Shown in pieces: positions 22,638 to 31,656 of a DNA stretch of 32,000 nt. The position numbers and the translations under genes were made by a program. Source of the DNA: Edaphobacter aggregans (GTDB lineage: Bacteria; Acidobacteriota; Terriglobia; Terriglobales; Acidobacteriaceae); assembly GCF_003945235.1 (NCBI RefSeq), contig NZ_RSDW01000001.1, positions 6,090,001 through 6,122,000 of the forward strand, in the 5' to 3' direction. How positions within the stretch are numbered: the first letter of the stretch is position 1; the number at the start of each line of letters is the position of its first letter. Under the pieces are notes generated by a model. The model worked only from the letters and a program-made list of their open reading frames with translations. It was not told where the DNA came from and did no database searches.

Positions 22638-24446
22638 GTGAGTGAACGGATGGCTGAGACGGGACAGGCGGGTTCGGTGGAAATTCAGAAGGTCGGTTCG
22701 CATAGTGCGGCCGGCGGTGGTGTTGGTTCTGCGGCTGCGGAGAAGGCGCTGGCGATGGTGGGTGGGCTGCGTGAGCGGGTGATGGCGTTGCCTGTCGGGA
22801 AGAGAAACTGGCTGCTGGCTTCAGTGGCTTTTTTGGCGGCGACTTGTGCGGGCATGGTTTGGTTTGCGGGGCGCACGGATTGGAAGGTTCTGTTCAGTGG
22901 GCTGGATGGGAAGGATGTGCAGCAGGTTTCGCAGGAGCTGGCGGCGGCCGGGATTCCTTATGAGATGACTGCGGATGGTGCGGGTGTGCAGGTTCCGGCG
23001 GAGATGCTGGATAAGGCCAGGATGGAGGTTGCGGCGAAGGGGATGCCGCAGACGGGGCGGCTGGGGTTTGAGCTGTTCGACAAGCCGAACTGGGTGGGGA
23101 GTGAGTTTGATGAGAAGGTGAACTATCAGCGGGCGCTTGAGGGTGAGTTGGAGCACACGATTGAGACGCTGGGTATGGTGCGGTCGGCGAGGGTGCATTT
23201 GGTGCTGCCGCAGCAGTCGCTGTTTTCTGCAGAAGAGAAGGTGGCGAAGGCTTCGGTGGTGTTGAAGCTGAAGCGAGCAGCGCTGGATCCAGAGCAGGCG
23301 GATTCGATTCGGAGCTTGGTGGCGGGGGCTGTGGAGAATCTGAGCTCGGAGCAGGTGACGCTGGTGGATGCGGATGGGCGGGTGAATTTGAAGCCGCGAT
23401 CAAAGGATGCCACGAAGGCTGATATGGAGGCGGCGATGGAGGCGAAGCTGGTGGCGATGCTGGAGCCTCTTGCAGGGCGCGACAATGTGCGGGCTACGGT
23501 GAATGTGAGTTATGACGAGGGCAGTGAAGAGCGGACGGATGAGGTCTACGATCCGAACCAGACGGCTGCGCTGACGCTGCAGAAGAGTGAACAGACTTCG
23601 GCGCAGCGGGGCGTGGCTACGGGGGTTCCGGGGACGGCGAGCAATTCTCCGGCGGGTGCTCCGGTGGGCGCGGTGGCGGGGTCGCAGGCGGCTGCTTCTC
23701 CGAATACGCCGCCACTGCTGCAGAAGGAGGCGCTTCCGGTGTATCCGCAGCAGGGTGGCGGCGTGGGGCAGAGTCTGCGGCAGGAGAACGGAACGTATGG
23801 AGTGACGAAGCATCTCTCGCACACGGAGGAAGGGCCGGGGCGGATTCGTCGCGTGACGGCGGCGGTGGTAGTGAACGATCGCAGCGTGATGGAAGGTGCG
23901 GGCAAGATGGAGCACGCGGTGTGGAAGCCGCGGAGTGTGGACGAGATGCGGCGGCTGGAGGAGTTGGCTCGTGCAGCGGTGGGGTTTGATGCAAAGCGCG
24001 GCGACGAAGTGGCGATGGAGAATGTGAGCTTCAGTTCGAATGCTCCGGAGGTTACGCCGCCGGTGGTGGATCGAGTGATGGAGGAGGTTCGGGTGCTGTT
24101 GCATTCGCAGCCTGGGTTGATGCGGACAGCGATGATTGGGCTTTGCGGCGTGCTGCTGGTGTTGTTTGTGCTGCGGCCGGTGGCGAAGCAGGTGACGGCG
24201 ACGTTGCGGGAACCGGCGTTGTTGACGGCGGGTGCGAGCAGTGTGGCTGCGCTGGAAGTGCCTGCGGGCGAGCCGATGTTTGAGCCGGTCATGGAAAAGG
24301 TTGCACTGCCGGCGAGGGTGAAGACGAGGGCGCAGCAGGAGCATCAGGGAATCTTTGAGTATGTGTCGGAGCATATACGACGAGAGCCGGCGCAGAGTAC
24401 TCGGTTGCTTGAGGCGTGGATTGGATCGCATGAGGAGATGAACTAA
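22638..24446 (+). CDS. fliF: Flagellar M-ring protein FliF
   Basis: GTG 22638 (alternative ATG 22650). 602 aa. YscJ/FliF ring motifs (GIPYEM..DGAGVQVP, YQRALEGELEHTIE, VRSARVHLVLP), plus a C-terminal TM helix and tail. Confidence 0.93.
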   Translation: MSERMAETGQAGSVEIQKVGSHSAAGGGVGSAAAEKALAMVGGLRERVMALPVGKRNWLLASVAFLAATCAGMVWFAGRTDWKVLFSGLDGKDVQQVSQELAAAGIPYEMTADGAGVQVPAEMLDKARMEVAAKGMPQTGRLGFELFDKPNWVGSEFDEKVNYQRALEGELEHTIETLGMVRSARVHLVLPQQSLFSAEEKVAKASVVLKLKRAALDPEQADSIRSLVAGAVENLSSEQVTLVDADGRVNLKPRSKDATKADMEAAMEAKLVAMLEPLAGRDNVRATVNVSYDEGSEERTDEVYDPNQTAALTLQKSEQTSAQRGVATGVPGTASNSPAGAPVGAVAGSQAAASPNTPPLLQKEALPVYPQQGGGVGQSLRQENGTYGVTKHLSHTEEGPGRIRRVTAAVVVNDRSVMEGAGKMEHAVWKPRSVDEMRRLEELARAAVGFDAKRGDEVAMENVSFSSNAPEVTPPVVDRVMEEVRVLLHSQPGLMRTAMIGLCGVLLVLFVLRPVAKQVTATLREPALLTAGASSVAALEVPAGEPMFEPVMEKVALPARVKTRAQQEHQGIFEYVSEHIRREPAQSTRLLEAWIGSHEEMN

Positions 24447-25534
24447 TGGGAGCGACGATGCAGATGGCTGAGGTAGATGCGATGCAGCGGAATCCGCTGT
24501 TGCTGACGTCGGAGTCGGGGTTTGCGCCGGCGGAGCTGCCGGGATTGCGGAAGGCGGCGATCCTGATGGTGGCGCTGGGTGATGAGCTGGCGAAGACGTT
24601 GTTTCAGGCGCTGTCGGAGGCTGATGTGCATCGGGTGACGGATGAGATCACGCGACTTGGCGAGATTCCGGCGACATTGCTGACGCAGGTTTTGACGGAG
24701 TTTTACGGCTTGCTTGAGACGCAGCAGTACATGGTGCGAGGCGGTCCAGAGTATGCGCTGAAGGTTTTGACGGAGGCGTTCGGTTCGCAGAAGGCTGAGA
24801 ATTTTCTGTCGCAGGTGAAGAAGATTCGGGAGCGGTCGAATGGCGATATGGCGCGGCTTCAGAAGATGGATCCGCTGCAATTGAGCAAGTTTCTGGAGAA
24901 CGAACATCCGCAGACGGTTGCGCTGGTACTGGCGCATCTGGATGCAAAGCTGGGATCGACCGTCCTGATGCAGTTGCAGCCAGCGGTGCGGGTGGATGTG
25001 GTGCGAAGGCTGGCGGAGATGCGGCAGTTCTCGTCGGAGATGGCGCAGACGGTGGCTATGGTGTTGCATAAGCGCATGGAGGGCATGGGAACGGGTGGAA
25101 GGAAGTCTTACTCAGGGTTCAAGGCGGTGGCTGAGTTGTTGAACCGGGTGGATCAGAGTGCGAGTAAGGGGATCCTGGAGGAGATTGAGCAGGAGCAGCC
25201 GCAGCTTGCGATTGGGATCAGAAATTTGATGTTTACGTTTGAAGATTTGACGACGGTACCGGCAGAGAGTATTCGCGAGTTTATTGCGGCGGCAGATAAG
25301 AGAGTGCTGGCGGTGGCGTTGAAGGGATGTCGCGATAACTTGAAGGCGCATCTGTTCAAGGCGATGAGTTCGCGTGCGGTAGAGATGTTGAAGGAAGACA
25401 TGGAGGCGATGGGGCCAGTGCGGATGAGGGATGTAGGACTGGCTCAGCAAGAGTTGCTTGCGTTGGCGAGGCAGTTGGAGAGCGATGGACGGATGATGCT
25501 GAAGCTGGAGGTCGATGATGATCTCGCCGTCTGA
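24446..25534 (+). CDS. fliG: Flagellar motor switch protein FliG
   Basis: 362 aa. RKAAILMVALGDELA, EHPQTVALVLAHL and MFTFEDL motifs. Its ATG overlaps the fliF TAA. Confidence 0.95.
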   Translation: MGATMQMAEVDAMQRNPLLLTSESGFAPAELPGLRKAAILMVALGDELAKTLFQALSEADVHRVTDEITRLGEIPATLLTQVLTEFYGLLETQQYMVRGGPEYALKVLTEAFGSQKAENFLSQVKKIRERSNGDMARLQKMDPLQLSKFLENEHPQTVALVLAHLDAKLGSTVLMQLQPAVRVDVVRRLAEMRQFSSEMAQTVAMVLHKRMEGMGTGGRKSYSGFKAVAELLNRVDQSASKGILEEIEQEQPQLAIGIRNLMFTFEDLTTVPAESIREFIAAADKRVLAVALKGCRDNLKAHLFKAMSSRAVEMLKEDMEAMGPVRMRDVGLAQQELLALARQLESDGRMMLKLEVDDDLAV

Positions 25535-26225
25535 GACTTTGGGACCGGCGCGTTTGCTGGGTGGGGCTTTGCAGGGTGTTTCGCGGCTTGAGTTTCTTTC
25601 GTTTGAGCTTGGAGGCGCGGAGACAGTTGTGGATGTTGTAGAGAGTTCGGAGGCTACCGAGATTGAAGGTGCATTGCGAGAGGACGTCGACGCCGCGGAG
25701 GTGATGCGCGAATCGCAGGTGGTAGAGATACGTGCGCATGTGGAGGCGGCGCGCAGAGAGGCTAAGGCTGAGGCGCGGATTGAGTGGAAGGACGAGCTAG
25801 AAGAGCGGGTGCTCGAGGAGCGCGCAAGTGTGGTGCGTGTGTGTGACGAGTTTGGGCGAGAACGGGCGAAGTACTTTGCTTCGGTTGAATCAGAGGTGGT
25901 GAAGCTGGCGCTGGCGATTGCGGCTCGAGTATTACATCGCGAGGCGAAGATGGATCCACTTTTGCTGACGGCCGCGGTTCAGGTTGCATTGGGTAAGGTG
26001 GTCGAGGATAGTTCGACGGTCTTGCGTGTGCCCGCTCTTGATGTGGAGATGTGGCGGGGTGTGTTTGGTTCGAATGATGCTGTGCAGGTAGTGGGAGACG
26101 AGCGGATGGTGGCGGAAGAGTGTGTGCTCGAGACAAATGTTGGGAAGGTGGAGTTGGGTGTGGGCGCTCAGTTGGAGGAGATTGAGAAAGGGTTCTTTGA
26201 TCTTCTGGAGCAGAGGCCGTCTTGA
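25515..26225 (+). CDS. fliH: Flagellar assembly protein FliH (export ATPase regulator)
   Basis: 236 aa between fliG and fliI. Charged coiled coil (AARREAKAEARIEWKDELEERVLEE), then a FliH/YscL-like C-terminal domain. Overlaps fliG by 20 nt. The assignment is partly positional. Confidence 0.75.
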   Translation: MMISPSETLGPARLLGGALQGVSRLEFLSFELGGAETVVDVVESSEATEIEGALREDVDAAEVMRESQVVEIRAHVEAARREAKAEARIEWKDELEERVLEERASVVRVCDEFGRERAKYFASVESEVVKLALAIAARVLHREAKMDPLLLTAAVQVALGKVVEDSSTVLRVPALDVEMWRGVFGSNDAVQVVGDERMVAEECVLETNVGKVELGVGAQLEEIEKGFFDLLEQRPS

Positions 26226-27544
26226 TGATGGAGAGGGATGGGATGCATCTGGCGTCGTACTTTTCGCAGCTTGCGGCGCGGCCAGCGTGGCGTTGGAGCG
26301 GGCGTGTGGTGGAGGCGAATGGGCAGACGATAGAGGCTGAAGGACCGCTTTGTTCTGTCGGTGAGTGTTGCGAGATTGTGGGTAGTGATGGGCGACGGCA
26401 TCGTGCAGAGGTGATTGGATTTCGTGGACGGCATGTGCTGGCGATGCCGGTGGAGGCGACGCAGGGGATTCGGTATGGCGATGCAGTGATGGCGATGGGG
26501 ATGACTCCTGGGATTGCTGTAGGAGAGCAGATGCAAGGGAGGATCCTGAATGCTTTGGGTGCACCGCTCGATGAGTTGCCGGCGGTGCGGGCGGAGGGAG
26601 TTTGGCCGCTCGATGGTGCGGTACCGCATCCGATGGAGCGCAGGCCGATCAAGGAGCCGCTGCAAACGGGACTGCGGGTGCTGGATGGAATGTTGACGGT
26701 GGGACGCGGACAGAGGATCGGAATTTTTGGTGGATCGGGTGTCGGTAAGAGCACGTTGATTGGGATGATGACACGGAATACGGCCGCCGATATCACGGTG
26801 GTGGGACTGGTGGGTGAGCGCGGGCGTGAGGTTCGGGAGTTTGTGGAGGACTCTCTTGGGGAAGAGGGACGGAAGCGGTCTGTGGTGCTGGTTTCGACTT
26901 CAGACCAGAGCCCTTTATTGCGGATGCGGGCGGCGATGGCTGCGACGGCGGTTGCGGAGTTTTATGCGGCGAGAGGGAAGCATGTGTTGTTGGTGCTGGA
27001 CTCGCTAACTCGGTATGCGATGGCAGCTCGGGAGATTGGATTGGCAGCGGGAGAGCCTCCTGCGAGCAAGGGATATACGCCGAGTGTGTTTGCTCGCCTG
27101 GCAAAGCTGGTGGAGCGGGCGGGGAACTTTGAGACGGGGAGTATCACTGCGTTCTATACGGTGCTGATGGAGGGGGACGATCAACAGGATCCAGTGGTGG
27201 ATGCGGTGCGGTCGTTGCTGGATGGGCATGTGGTGTTGTCGCGGCGGATGGCGGCGGAGGGTTGGTATCCGCCGGTGGATGTCCTGGACTCGTTGAGCAG
27301 GTTGATGCCTGCTGTGGCGACACCGGAGCATCGGGAGCGGGCTGCGATTGCACGGAGATTGCTGGCGGTTCATACGCGGTCGGAGGACCTGGTTCGAATT
27401 GGCGCGTATAAGACCGGAACCGATGAGGAGTTGGATCGGGCTATGCGGGCGATGCCGTTGCTGCGGGATTTTCTGGAGCAGGGAAGCATGGAGCGCGTGA
27501 CGATGGAGGATACAATTTCGCGGCTTGCGGGGATGGACCTTTAG
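26225..27544 (+). CDS. fliI: Flagellum-specific ATPase FliI
   Basis: ATG 26225 (TGATG overlap with fliH; the track starts at TTG 26222). Walker A GGSGVGKSTL, Walker B LLVLDSLTR. T3SS/F1 ATPase family. Confidence 0.95.
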   Translation: MMERDGMHLASYFSQLAARPAWRWSGRVVEANGQTIEAEGPLCSVGECCEIVGSDGRRHRAEVIGFRGRHVLAMPVEATQGIRYGDAVMAMGMTPGIAVGEQMQGRILNALGAPLDELPAVRAEGVWPLDGAVPHPMERRPIKEPLQTGLRVLDGMLTVGRGQRIGIFGGSGVGKSTLIGMMTRNTAADITVVGLVGERGREVREFVEDSLGEEGRKRSVVLVSTSDQSPLLRMRAAMAATAVAEFYAARGKHVLLVLDSLTRYAMAAREIGLAAGEPPASKGYTPSVFARLAKLVERAGNFETGSITAFYTVLMEGDDQQDPVVDAVRSLLDGHVVLSRRMAAEGWYPPVDVLDSLSRLMPAVATPEHRERAAIARRLLAVHTRSEDLVRIGAYKTGTDEELDRAMRAMPLLRDFLEQGSMERVTMEDTISRLAGMDL

Positions 27545-27547
27545 TCG

Positions 27548-28030
27548 ATGCGGGCGCGGTTGAAGGTGTTGCAGCGACTGGCAATCTTACATGGTGTTGT
27601 TGAGCGGACGCATGCGGCGGTGCTCGAACGGCGTGCGACGGAGGTGCGCGAGGCGGAAGAGGCGATCGATTTGCAGCATGCGGTGGCGCGGTCGGCTGTA
27701 TTTGAGGGACGCGCGGCTTTGATCGTGGATGATCGGATGGGGTGGTCGCTGGCTGAGGCGCAGCGGGAGCTTGCGGGGTGGCGGTGCGAGAGTTTGGAGC
27801 GGATCCGTATGGAGCGTGAGGCGTTGAGGGCATCCGCACATGAGCAATATGCTGTGAGTCGCATAAAGAGCGAGCAAATGCGGTGTGTTGTGCAGGGTGT
27901 TGAAACGGAGATTGCGATCGAAGAGGGGCGACGGAGCCAGGCCGCGATGGATGACCGGTATTTGTCGCGGAGGTCGTGGGTGGAGTTGCAGCGGGCTTTG
28001 CGCGATGGCGCAGAGATAAAGGGCTCCTAA
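27548..28030 (+). CDS. fliJ: Flagellar export chaperone-like coiled-coil protein FliJ
   Basis: 160 aa, apparently helical (Ala/Arg/Glu-rich sequence), directly after fliI. EEGRRSQAAMDDRYL resembles the FliJ C-terminus. The assignment is mainly positional. Confidence 0.65.
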   Translation: MRARLKVLQRLAILHGVVERTHAAVLERRATEVREAEEAIDLQHAVARSAVFEGRAALIVDDRMGWSLAEAQRELAGWRCESLERIRMEREALRASAHEQYAVSRIKSEQMRCVVQGVETEIAIEEGRRSQAAMDDRYLSRRSWVELQRALRDGAEIKGS

Positions 28031-28047
28031 TACTTTTCCCAATTCTT

Positions 28048-28063
28048 TGGCATGTTGAGTGCA
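28048..28063 (+). promoter_or_regulatory. Candidate sigma54 -24/-12 promoter upstream of fliK (internal to cluster)
   Basis: TGGCATGTTGAGTGCA fits TGGCAC-N5-TTGCA, with GG (28049-28050) and GC (28061-28062) in exact register. SD CAGGAGAGG at 28081..28089 and ATG at 28096 follow at a sensible distance. Confidence 0.6.
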
Positions 28064-28095
28064 CTTCTTGGCAGTAGTAACAGGAGAGGCATGAC

Positions 28096-29787
28096 ATGTT
28101 GACTGCTGGAATCGCGATGGTGGGTGGCGGGCAGGGAAAGTCGCTTCTGTTGCCGGCTGCTTCGGGTGAAGGGCAAGAGGGTCAAGGAGCGTTTGCCGAG
28201 GGATTCTTTACGAAGAGCGTGGATGAATTGATGGGAGGCTCTGCTGGGACTAAGGCGCAGCTGAGTACGGAGCAGTCGGTAGCTAGCCCTGAGAAAAAAG
28301 ATGTGATGGCTGCGAAGGATTTGGCCGAGACGGGAACAAAGGCCTCTGCCGGTGGCGAGATATCTGTGAGTGCTGGATTGCCGATTGCAGTTGCGGCGAA
28401 TGTGTCGATCACTTTCGGTGGTGAAGGCTTGCCGGTACCGCAGACAACGAGAGGACTGGATCAGTCTGTCAAAGAGGCCTTGGTCTCTTCTCCGGCATCA
28501 GGTGATGTTGAGAAGGCTGTTGGAGGTGAGACTCCAATAGAAAATGCAAATGAATTGAAGGGGAGTGCTGCGACTGTCGGTGCACCGCAGCAGAGTTCGC
28601 TTGTTGTGGGTGGCCTCTCGACGGGAAAAGGGATTGCGCAGGTTGCAGCAAATGCGACGTTTGTTTCGAAAGAGGTGACGAACGGAGAGAAGATTCGGAC
28701 GACAGCGGAACACGCGGCGGAGACGAAGCGAGAGACAAAAAAGAAGGGAAGTGAGCCGTCGATTGATGTAGACGCAAAGACGGCGGTATCTAGCGTGGAT
28801 ACATCTTTGTTACCACAGGATATTGGAACAGCGACGTTATCTCCGGCGGCAGTCCTTCCTGTGAGTGTCAATGTTCTGGCTGTTTCGAAGGTGGAGACGG
28901 GTGTGGCTTCTGCTAAGAATTCTCGCGTTGGTTCCGTTGGATGGAAGGCAAACGTGGGAATTGCTGCTAACGATGTTAAGGGTGGTGTCGAACGCGAGAA
29001 AGAAATGGTTACGGCTTTTGCTACGACGAATGCTGTTGGAATTCACAGTGCTGTCGGACATTCTCCAAATGCTGAAGCAGTGGGTTCGAAAACGGAGGTT
29101 TTGTCGACGCCAGGGAGCGGAGGGGCTGGGGCGAAGCTAGAGGGCACCGGTGCGATGGTTGCGGCTGCGGGCGTTCCAGTTGCAGTTGTCGATGGCTCTA
29201 GTGTTCAGGGCGTCGTCGTACAGAAGCACTCGAGCGTGTTGGGGAATGATGGCGGACTGCGGGCGGATACAGTGGATGCTGCGGCGACTCAGTCGCAGGG
29301 AGCATCAGGTGGAGATGCTGTGTTGGTAAATGATGGACACACAATGCTGAAGGCCACTCCCACATCGCTGGAGGTTGGGGTTTCGAATGGAAGCCATGGG
29401 TGGTTGAAGATTCGCGCAGAGCTGACGGATGGCGGCGCGGTGAATGCATCGGTGTTCGCGGCGTCTTCTGCGGGACAGGAGATGCTGCATCGGGAGTTAC
29501 CTTCGCTGACTGCTTATCTGCAGGCAGAACGGTTGGGCGTGAACACGGTTGTTGTTCATGCGGCTACTGCGACGACTGATTCGCGCGACTTTTCGGAAGC
29601 TTTGAGCCGTGGCGATCAGAGGGATCAGACAAAGCAGGGTAGTAGCGGCGATGCTCGACAGGGTTGGACGGCGGATGAGCCGGTGTCTTTTGCAGGGCTC
29701 GAAGGAGCGGACGTGGATGCGCATTCTTCGACGATGTATGGGGAAGGAGGTTCCGGCGGCGGAGGTTGGTTGAGTGTGCGGGCCTGA
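28096..29787 (+). CDS. fliK: Flagellar hook-length control protein FliK
   Basis: 563 aa. Low-complexity Ala/Gly/Val/Ser-rich N-terminal ~400 aa and a C-terminal Flg_hook-type domain (LEVGVSNGSHGWLKIRAEL..GAVNASVFAASSAGQEMLHRELPSLTAYLQAERLGV). Confidence 0.8.
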   Translation: MLTAGIAMVGGGQGKSLLLPAASGEGQEGQGAFAEGFFTKSVDELMGGSAGTKAQLSTEQSVASPEKKDVMAAKDLAETGTKASAGGEISVSAGLPIAVAANVSITFGGEGLPVPQTTRGLDQSVKEALVSSPASGDVEKAVGGETPIENANELKGSAATVGAPQQSSLVVGGLSTGKGIAQVAANATFVSKEVTNGEKIRTTAEHAAETKRETKKKGSEPSIDVDAKTAVSSVDTSLLPQDIGTATLSPAAVLPVSVNVLAVSKVETGVASAKNSRVGSVGWKANVGIAANDVKGGVEREKEMVTAFATTNAVGIHSAVGHSPNAEAVGSKTEVLSTPGSGGAGAKLEGTGAMVAAAGVPVAVVDGSSVQGVVVQKHSSVLGNDGGLRADTVDAAATQSQGASGGDAVLVNDGHTMLKATPTSLEVGVSNGSHGWLKIRAELTDGGAVNASVFAASSAGQEMLHRELPSLTAYLQAERLGVNTVVVHAATATTDSRDFSEALSRGDQRDQTKQGSSGDARQGWTADEPVSFAGLEGADVDAHSSTMYGEGGSGGGGWLSVRA

Positions 29788-29848
29788 TGTGAAAGAGATT
29801 GGTTGCGGGACGAGTGAACGAAGAACGACTTGAATGAGAAAGGATGGA

Positions 29849-30202
29849 ATGCAGATGAGTTCAATTTTTGGAGTGGGATCGGCAGCGGCACAGACGGTGG
29901 CGTCGGCGTTGGCTCCGCGAAGTGTAACAACACAGGCAACAGCGAAACCGAAGGATTCGACAGGGAGTACGGACAGTTCAAGCGGAACGAGCGATAGCAA
30001 CAGCGCGACGATTACTTCGAACGATTTTTTAACGTTGTTGGTGAGCGAGTTGAAGAATCAGGATCCGACGCAGCCGACCGACCCTACTGAATACATAACG
30101 CAGATGGTAGGCGTGAACAGCCTGCAGCAGTTGATTGATATCAATCAGGGGTTGGCCTCGGTGGAAGGAACATCGACGTCTTCTTCTACAACTTCAAGCT
30201 AA
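29849..30202 (+). CDS. flgD: Flagellar hook capping/assembly protein FlgD (short form)
   Basis: ATG 29849 (AAAGGA upstream; the track starts at 29834). 117 aa. FlgD N-domain ITSNDFLTLLVSELKNQDPTQPTDPTEYITQM. No Ig/Tudor C-domain. Confidence 0.85.
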   Translation: MQMSSIFGVGSAAAQTVASALAPRSVTTQATAKPKDSTGSTDSSSGTSDSNSATITSNDFLTLLVSELKNQDPTQPTDPTEYITQMVGVNSLQQLIDINQGLASVEGTSTSSSTTSS

Positions 30203-30287
30203 CGGAATGGATGCTAAGGCTGCGGCTTTTCGGCCGGGCATTGACGACAATCGAAGTTCAACTACGAAATAACAAGGGAGCAAGACG

Positions 30288-31514
30288 ATGGGATCATTTT
30301 CAACAGCGCTGACCGGATTGCAGGCTGATACGGTCTCGCTGAATACAATCGGCAACAATCTGGCAAATCTCAACACGACGGCCTTCAAGGATCAGAGCAC
30401 GACCTTTGAAGATCTTTTCTACCAACAGATGGGAACGTCTGGATCGAATAATCCGATCCAGGTCGGCGTGGGAACGAAGGTGTCCGGCACGGATACGAAC
30501 TTCTTGCAGGGGACCTTGTCGACGACGGGGAATTCGGCTGACATGGCGCTACAAGGCAATGGGTTCTTCGTCGTGCAGCAGGGCAATGTTCAGTCATTGA
30601 CGCGGGCCGGCAACTTTCAACTGGATCAGGTGGGAAATCTGACGACTGTAGATGGTGAGCAGGTGATGGGATATCCAGCTCCTGGCGGAGTTGTGAACAC
30701 GAATGCTGGTCTGGTGCCACTGAGCGTCCCCGTAGGCGTGAATGAGGCTGCCCATGCGACACAAAACTTCTCGGTGACGGCAAATCTGGATGCCAGTGCT
30801 GCCACGGGAACGCAGGTAACGAGCCCAGTAAAGGTGTATGACTCACTTGGCCAGAGTCATGAGGTTTCGGTGTCGTATACGAAGACGGGGGCGAATACAT
30901 GGGATTATTCGATAACGCTTCCTGCGGGTGATGCGACGGGAACGCCGGTGAACAATACGGGGACGCTGACGTTTGATACGAATGGGAACCTGGTGTCGCC
31001 AACGGCGAACGTTGCGGGGATTACGTTTCCTGCCTTGGCGGATGGAGCGAGCGATATGACCTTCAACTGGAATCTCTACACTAACGGGAGCCCGACGATG
31101 GCACAGTCGTCGGCGGCCTCGAGCACGGCGAATACAAATCAGGATGGTTATCCGACTGGAACGTATCAGAGCTTTACGGTAGATGCCAATGGTGTGATCT
31201 CAGCGACATTCAGCAATGGTCATACCCAGGACGTTGGGCAGGTTGCAGTGGCGTCAGTTACGAACACCGAAGGCCTGGTTCTGGTCGGCAATAACAACTA
31301 CATGACGACGGCGGCCTCTGGCACAGCGACGGTCGGCGTGGCGGGCGTTGGCGGACGTGGGACGATCGAGGACTCGGCGTTGGAGCAATCGAATGTCGAT
31401 ATCTCGACAGAGTTCGCCAATCTGATCGTGGCGCAGAGAGCGTTTCAGGCGAACTCGAAGACGATGACGACGTTCGATTCGGTGGCGCAGGATACGATCG
31501 CGATGATTCGATAG
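30288..31514 (+). CDS. flgE: Flagellar hook protein FlgE
   Basis: 408 aa with AAGGGAG RBS. N-terminal FSTALTGLQA..IGNNLANLNTTAFK and C-terminal LEQSNVDISTEFANLIVAQRAFQANSK. Confidence 0.95.
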   Translation: MGSFSTALTGLQADTVSLNTIGNNLANLNTTAFKDQSTTFEDLFYQQMGTSGSNNPIQVGVGTKVSGTDTNFLQGTLSTTGNSADMALQGNGFFVVQQGNVQSLTRAGNFQLDQVGNLTTVDGEQVMGYPAPGGVVNTNAGLVPLSVPVGVNEAAHATQNFSVTANLDASAATGTQVTSPVKVYDSLGQSHEVSVSYTKTGANTWDYSITLPAGDATGTPVNNTGTLTFDTNGNLVSPTANVAGITFPALADGASDMTFNWNLYTNGSPTMAQSSAASSTANTNQDGYPTGTYQSFTVDANGVISATFSNGHTQDVGQVAVASVTNTEGLVLVGNNNYMTTAASGTATVGVAGVGGRGTIEDSALEQSNVDISTEFANLIVAQRAFQANSKTMTTFDSVAQDTIAMIR

Positions 31515-31530
31515 TGTGGGTTGCTAGCAA

Positions 31531-31576
31531 AGCGGGTGCTGAGTTGAAGTCTGACTTGGCACCCGCTGCTTTTTGC
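31531..31576 (+). terminator. Intrinsic terminator after flgE
   Basis: AGCGGGTGC (31531..31539) pairs with GCACCCGCT (31559..31567), with inner AAG/CTT pairing, followed by GCTTTTTGC. Confidence 0.7.
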
Positions 31577-31626
31577 TGCCTTGTTGGGGGATTCTAAAGA
31601 TCCGTTAATTTTCAAGAGGCTGGCTA

Positions 31627-31642
31627 TGGCTACTAGCTTGCA
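31627..31642 (+). promoter_or_regulatory. Candidate sigma54 -24/-12 promoter upstream of fliL
   Basis: TGGCTACTAGCTTGCA is a near-consensus TGGCAC-N5-TTGCA, with GG 31628-31629 and GC 31640-31641. It lies between the flgE terminator and the fliL ATG (31657). Confidence 0.6.
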
Positions 31643-31656
31643 GTAATTACGGCATC

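Noticed and set aside
30203-30287. Sigma28 (FliA)-type promoter TAAG-N14-GCCGGGCA, or a sigma54 element TGGATG..GCTGC, upstream of flgE
   Set aside because: The sigma28 -10 matches only 5 of 8 positions. The sigma54-like GG/GC pair is out of register by one nucleotide. flgE is more simply explained as co-transcribed with fliK-flgD.
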